Shown here: in pieces, positions 61,044 through 64,000 of the stretch | Numbering within the stretch: the first letter of the stretch is position 1 | Layout: each line of letters starts with the position of its first letter | Assembly: GCA_017462035.1 (NCBI GenBank) | Contig: JAFTRY010000030.1 | Span: 874-64,873 of the forward strand | Source: Clostridia bacterium | GTDB taxonomy: Bacteria > Bacillota > Clostridia > Oscillospirales > CAG-272 | Reading direction: 5' to 3' | DNA: 64,000 bases | Notes under the pieces: model-generated | The model's database searches: none | Told to the model about the DNA's origin: nothing | Seen by the model: only the letters and a program-made list of their open reading frames with translations | Program-made: the position numbers and the translations under genes

Positions 61044-61105
61044 GATCCGGTCCTCCTAGACTAAAATACAGGGTCATTATAGCATAGAGTCAGTGGAAAG
61101 TCAAG

Positions 61106-61157
61106 AAAAAAAGGGAGCAAATCCGTCCAAAAAAGGAAGGGTTTGCTCCTGTTTTTT
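61106..61157 (-). terminator. dapAB terminator
   Basis: GGAGCAAA...TTTGCTCC hairpin flanked by A/T runs. Confidence 0.6.
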
Positions 61158-61185
61158 ATTCGTGGAAAAGAATCAATAGATAGTC

Positions 61186-61950
61186 TTACCTGCCGTTGAT
61201 CAAATCCGACATGTTGTAAAGTCCCGCTTGCTTGTTCGCAAGATATTTTGCGGCTCTCAGTGCTCCGCCCGCAAAGATCTCTCGGGAGGTGGCGGAATGA
61301 GAAAGGGTAATGACTTCGTTGTTTCCGGCAAAGATTACCTCGTGCTCTCCTACAATGGTTCCTCCGCGAACCGAATGAATTCCGATTTCCTCGGAAGAGC
61401 GCGCTTTTCGAACCGAGTGGCGGTCATATACGTATTGAGTGGCATCTCGCTCCTCGCTGATTTCCTCGGCGATCATCAGTGCCGTTCCACTGGGGGCATC
61501 CAGCTTTTGGTTGTGATGCTTCTCGATGATCTCCACATCGAAATTCTCACCCAGCGTCCTTGCGGCATTCCGACAAAGCTCAATCAGAAGATTGATGCCA
61601 ATGGACATGTTGCCGGAGGAAAATACGGCGACACGCTCCGATGCCTGCCTCATTCGTTCCTTTTCCGACTCGGTATGCCCCGTGGTAGCAACCACCAGAG
61701 GGGTTTGCGTGTCCTCAGCGTAAGCCAGAAGAGAGGGAAGAGCGGAGTGGTGTGAAAAATCAATGATTACGTCTCCCCGCCCGGGAAAATCGGAAATCGA
61801 TTGATAAACGGGGAAGGGGGAGGTGGGGGCAATGGCATCGGCGTTAATATCGACACCGGCAACAATCTGAATGTTTCCGTCAGAAGCTGCCGCGCGGAGA
61901 ATGGCTTGCCCCATTTTGCCGCCGCAACCGCAGAGAATGACCTGAATCAT
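61186..61950 (-). CDS. dapB: 4-hydroxy-tetrahydrodipicolinate reductase
   Basis: GCGGKMG, IDFS, ATTG, EKHHNQKLDAPSGTA and GEHEVIF motifs. Confidence 0.97.
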   Translation of the reverse strand: MIQVILCGCGGKMGQAILRAAASDGNIQIVAGVDINADAIAPTSPFPVYQSISDFPGRGDVIIDFSHHSALPSLLAYAEDTQTPLVVATTGHTESEKERMRQASERVAVFSSGNMSIGINLLIELCRNAARTLGENFDVEIIEKHHNQKLDAPSGTALMIAEEISEERDATQYVYDRHSVRKARSSEEIGIHSVRGGTIVGEHEVIFAGNNEVITLSHSATSREIFAGGALRAAKYLANKQAGLYNMSDLINGR

Positions 61951-61994
61951 AACGAAATCCTTTCTTTTATTAGCGGATATACTTCAAGGAATTT

Positions 61995-62888
61995 TCAGAG
62001 AAGTCCTTGTTCCTTCATGGCTGCAATCAGCTTGGCGCGGTTGCCGTCCTCCATTTCACATAGGGGAAGACGCATTTCCACCGAGCAGAAGCCAAGCTCT
62101 GCCATGGCGGTCTTGACAGGTACGGGATTTACCTCGCAGAAGAGCGCGTTGATCAGCTTCAGATACTTTAACTGCAAACGAGCCGCCTCGGTGTAGTTGT
62201 TGTCCAGACAGTGCTGAGTAATATCGTGAGTCTCCTTGGGTAACAGATTGGAGAGAACCGAAATCACACCCTTGCCGCCCAAAGACATAATGGGAACGAT
62301 CTGGTCGTCATTTCCGGAATATACGTCCAGAGAGTCACCGCATTCCGCGATCAGCTCCGCAATGGCGCTCATGTTGCCAGATGCCTCCTTGACAGCCACG
62401 ATCCGCTCGTGCTTCGCCAATTCCTTGTATACCGGCAGAGAAATGTTACAGCCGGTACGGGAGGGAACGTTGTAAAGAATAATGGGCTTGTCGGTTTGCT
62501 CCGCGGTCTCAATAAAGTTTTTGATCAAACCCTTGGGGGTTGCCTTGTTGTAATAAGGGGTTACAAGTAACAGTGCGTCGGCACCTACCTCGCAAGCGTA
62601 GCGGGACAGCTCAATGCCGTAGGCGGTGTCGTTGGAGCCGGTTCCGGCAATGACGGGAACGCGACCTGCCACCTTTTCTACCGCGAAGCGAATACAATCG
62701 CAGTGTTCCTCATGGGTCAGTGTGGCAGCTTCACCGGTGGTACCGGCAACCACAAGGGCATCAATGCCCCCCGCGATCTGATTCTCAATAATGGTTCCGA
62801 AGCTTTCGTAGTCAATGCCGACCTTGGAAAAAGGAGTAATAATTGCCGTAGCGGCCCCGGTAAAGATCGTTTTCTTCAGTTTGCTCAT
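61995..62888 (-). CDS. dapA: 4-hydroxy-tetrahydrodipicolinate synthase
   Basis: GTTGEAATL, TPYYNK, LYNVPSRTG, KEASG and NPVPVK motifs. Confidence 0.97.
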   Translation of the reverse strand: MSKLKKTIFTGAATAIITPFSKVGIDYESFGTIIENQIAGGIDALVVAGTTGEAATLTHEEHCDCIRFAVEKVAGRVPVIAGTGSNDTAYGIELSRYACEVGADALLLVTPYYNKATPKGLIKNFIETAEQTDKPIILYNVPSRTGCNISLPVYKELAKHERIVAVKEASGNMSAIAELIAECGDSLDVYSGNDDQIVPIMSLGGKGVISVLSNLLPKETHDITQHCLDNNYTEAARLQLKYLKLINALFCEVNPVPVKTAMAELGFCSVEMRLPLCEMEDGNRAKLIAAMKEQGLL

Positions 62889-63020
62889 GGTTCAAAGCCC
62901 TTTCTTTGGTAAAAATAAAGTAAAAAAATGAAGATTCCATATAAAAATAAAAAAACTGGTTGAAAACCAGCTGTAATTGTATTATAATATAAGCATCCAA
63001 AAGGAATGCTCATTATGCAA

Positions 63021-63187
63021 TAACAGATAGCTCTCCATCTAAAAGATGACAGTTTGTCGGATCTTAACCGAAAAACCAGGACATAGGTCTGCCGTGACAT
63101 ACTCCTTCGGCGCAATCCCCTCACAGACCGTCTCAACGGGTCGGCAACCTTAACGGAAAGCGGTGACATCGCGCGCCTCTACCATAA
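63021..63187 (-). ncRNA. Lysine riboswitch upstream of dapA-dapB
   Basis: Minus strand GGTAGAGGCGC...AGGGG...GCCGAA...CTGG...ACTGTCATC...GATGGAGAGCTATC, about 165 nt, followed by terminator-like hairpins. Confidence 0.88.
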
Positions 63188-63207
63188 ATATATGTATCTT
63201 TGACATA

Positions 63208-63236
63208 ATGATAGCATATCTTTTCAAATCTGTCAA
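63208..63236 (-). promoter_or_regulatory. sigma-A promoter for the riboswitch-dapAB transcript
   Basis: TTGACA-17 nt-TATCAT with extended -10 TG. Confidence 0.75.
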
Positions 63237-63314
63237 TAACTTTTGAAAAAATTTTATATTTATCGTCTCTTTACAGAAACGAAGAGGCGGCAACCGAATA
63301 AAAGGAACATATTT

Positions 63315-64000
63315 ATGATTATTATTAACGAAAAAAAAGCAACCGACCTGAAAACATCGGATTTTCTTTATGAGTTACCCCAGGAGCTAATCGCCCAGCA
63401 TCCCGCGGAGCAGAGAGATCACTCACGGCTCATGGTGCTTGACCGAAAAAATGACTCCCTCTCACACCGCCATTTTTACGATATCGTGGACTATTTAAAC
63501 CCCGAGGATGTTCTGGTCATCAATGACTCCAAGGTTATCCCTGCGCGAATTTATGGGCATGTAGAGGGCAGAGAGGAGGCAACACTTGAGCTGTTGCTTC
63601 TCCGTCAGCGTGACCTGGATACCTGGGAGACCTTGGTGAAGCCAGGGAAACGGGCACGAGTCGGCTTCCGTGCTGTGTTCGGAGACGGGATTCTCATGGG
63701 CGAGGTGGTTGATATCGTGGAGGAAGGGAACCGATTGATACGGTTCGAGTACGATAAAACAAAATACGCCAATATCTACGAGGTGTTAAACCTCATCGGA
63801 ATGATGCCCCTGCCGCCCTATATTACCGAGCGGCTGGAGGATCGATCCCGCTATCAGACGGTCTATGCCAGAGAGGAGGGCTCCGCGGCGGCACCCACTG
63901 CGGGCTTGCATTTTACTCCTGAACTGCTGGATCGGATACGAGCCAAGGGCGTGGCTATCGCGCCGGTGATGCTTCACGTGGGTTTGGGTACCTTTCGCCC
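63315..64000 (+). CDS. queA: S-adenosylmethionine:tRNA ribosyltransferase-isomerase (3' end truncated by window edge; not in the ORF track)
   Basis: SDFLYELPQELIAQHP, INDSKVIPAR, PLPPYI, RYQTVYA, SAAAPTAGLHFT and LHVGLGTFRP motifs. Confidence 0.96.
   Translation, partial: MIIINEKKATDLKTSDFLYELPQELIAQHPAEQRDHSRLMVLDRKNDSLSHRHFYDIVDYLNPEDVLVINDSKVIPARIYGHVEGREEATLELLLLRQRDLDTWETLVKPGKRARVGFRAVFGDGILMGEVVDIVEEGNRLIRFEYDKTKYANIYEVLNLIGMMPLPPYITERLEDRSRYQTVYAREEGSAAAPTAGLHFTPELLDRIRAKGVAIAPVMLHVGLGTFR

Noticed and set aside
63240-63314. Possible preQ1 riboswitch upstream of queA
   Set aside because: Only a generic hairpin; preQ1 loop and A-rich tail consensus not matched.

Overview
A 64-kb stretch of mostly core chromosome from a spore-forming Clostridia-class Firmicute, probably an uncultured Oscillospirales-like lineage (inferred from gene order, spoVAC, CIRCE, the L19 leader and consensus sigma-A promoters). 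In order: an OmpR-type two-component system with HtrA, two tandem MgtC paralogs, a priming glycosyltransferase, spoVAC, CIRCE-controlled groESL, a CDP-sugar (rfbF-rfbG-reductase-GT2) cassette, the nusB-xseAB-ispA-tlyA-nadK-argR-recN block (here lacking dxs), argS, rplS with an L19 leader, a small accessory cassette, an elongated mscL, smc-ftsY-rdgB-yhbY-nadD-yqeK-LCP-rsfS-leuS, a GH78-like glycosidase, rpsU (missed by the ORF track), dgt-dnaG-sigA, dapAB under a lysine riboswitch and a partial queA. I saw no tRNA, rRNA, CRISPR array, prophage or transposase. The best candidate for an undescribed system is the cassette at 30.9-33.4 kb: an AraC regulator, a secreted two-domain protein with no recognisable anchor, and an unannotated co-transcribed 46-aa peptide with a RiPP-like YxxPxI leader motif. 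The LeuRS is also unusual, with KMSKS replaced by KMGKR, a HAGH motif and an altered editing motif.
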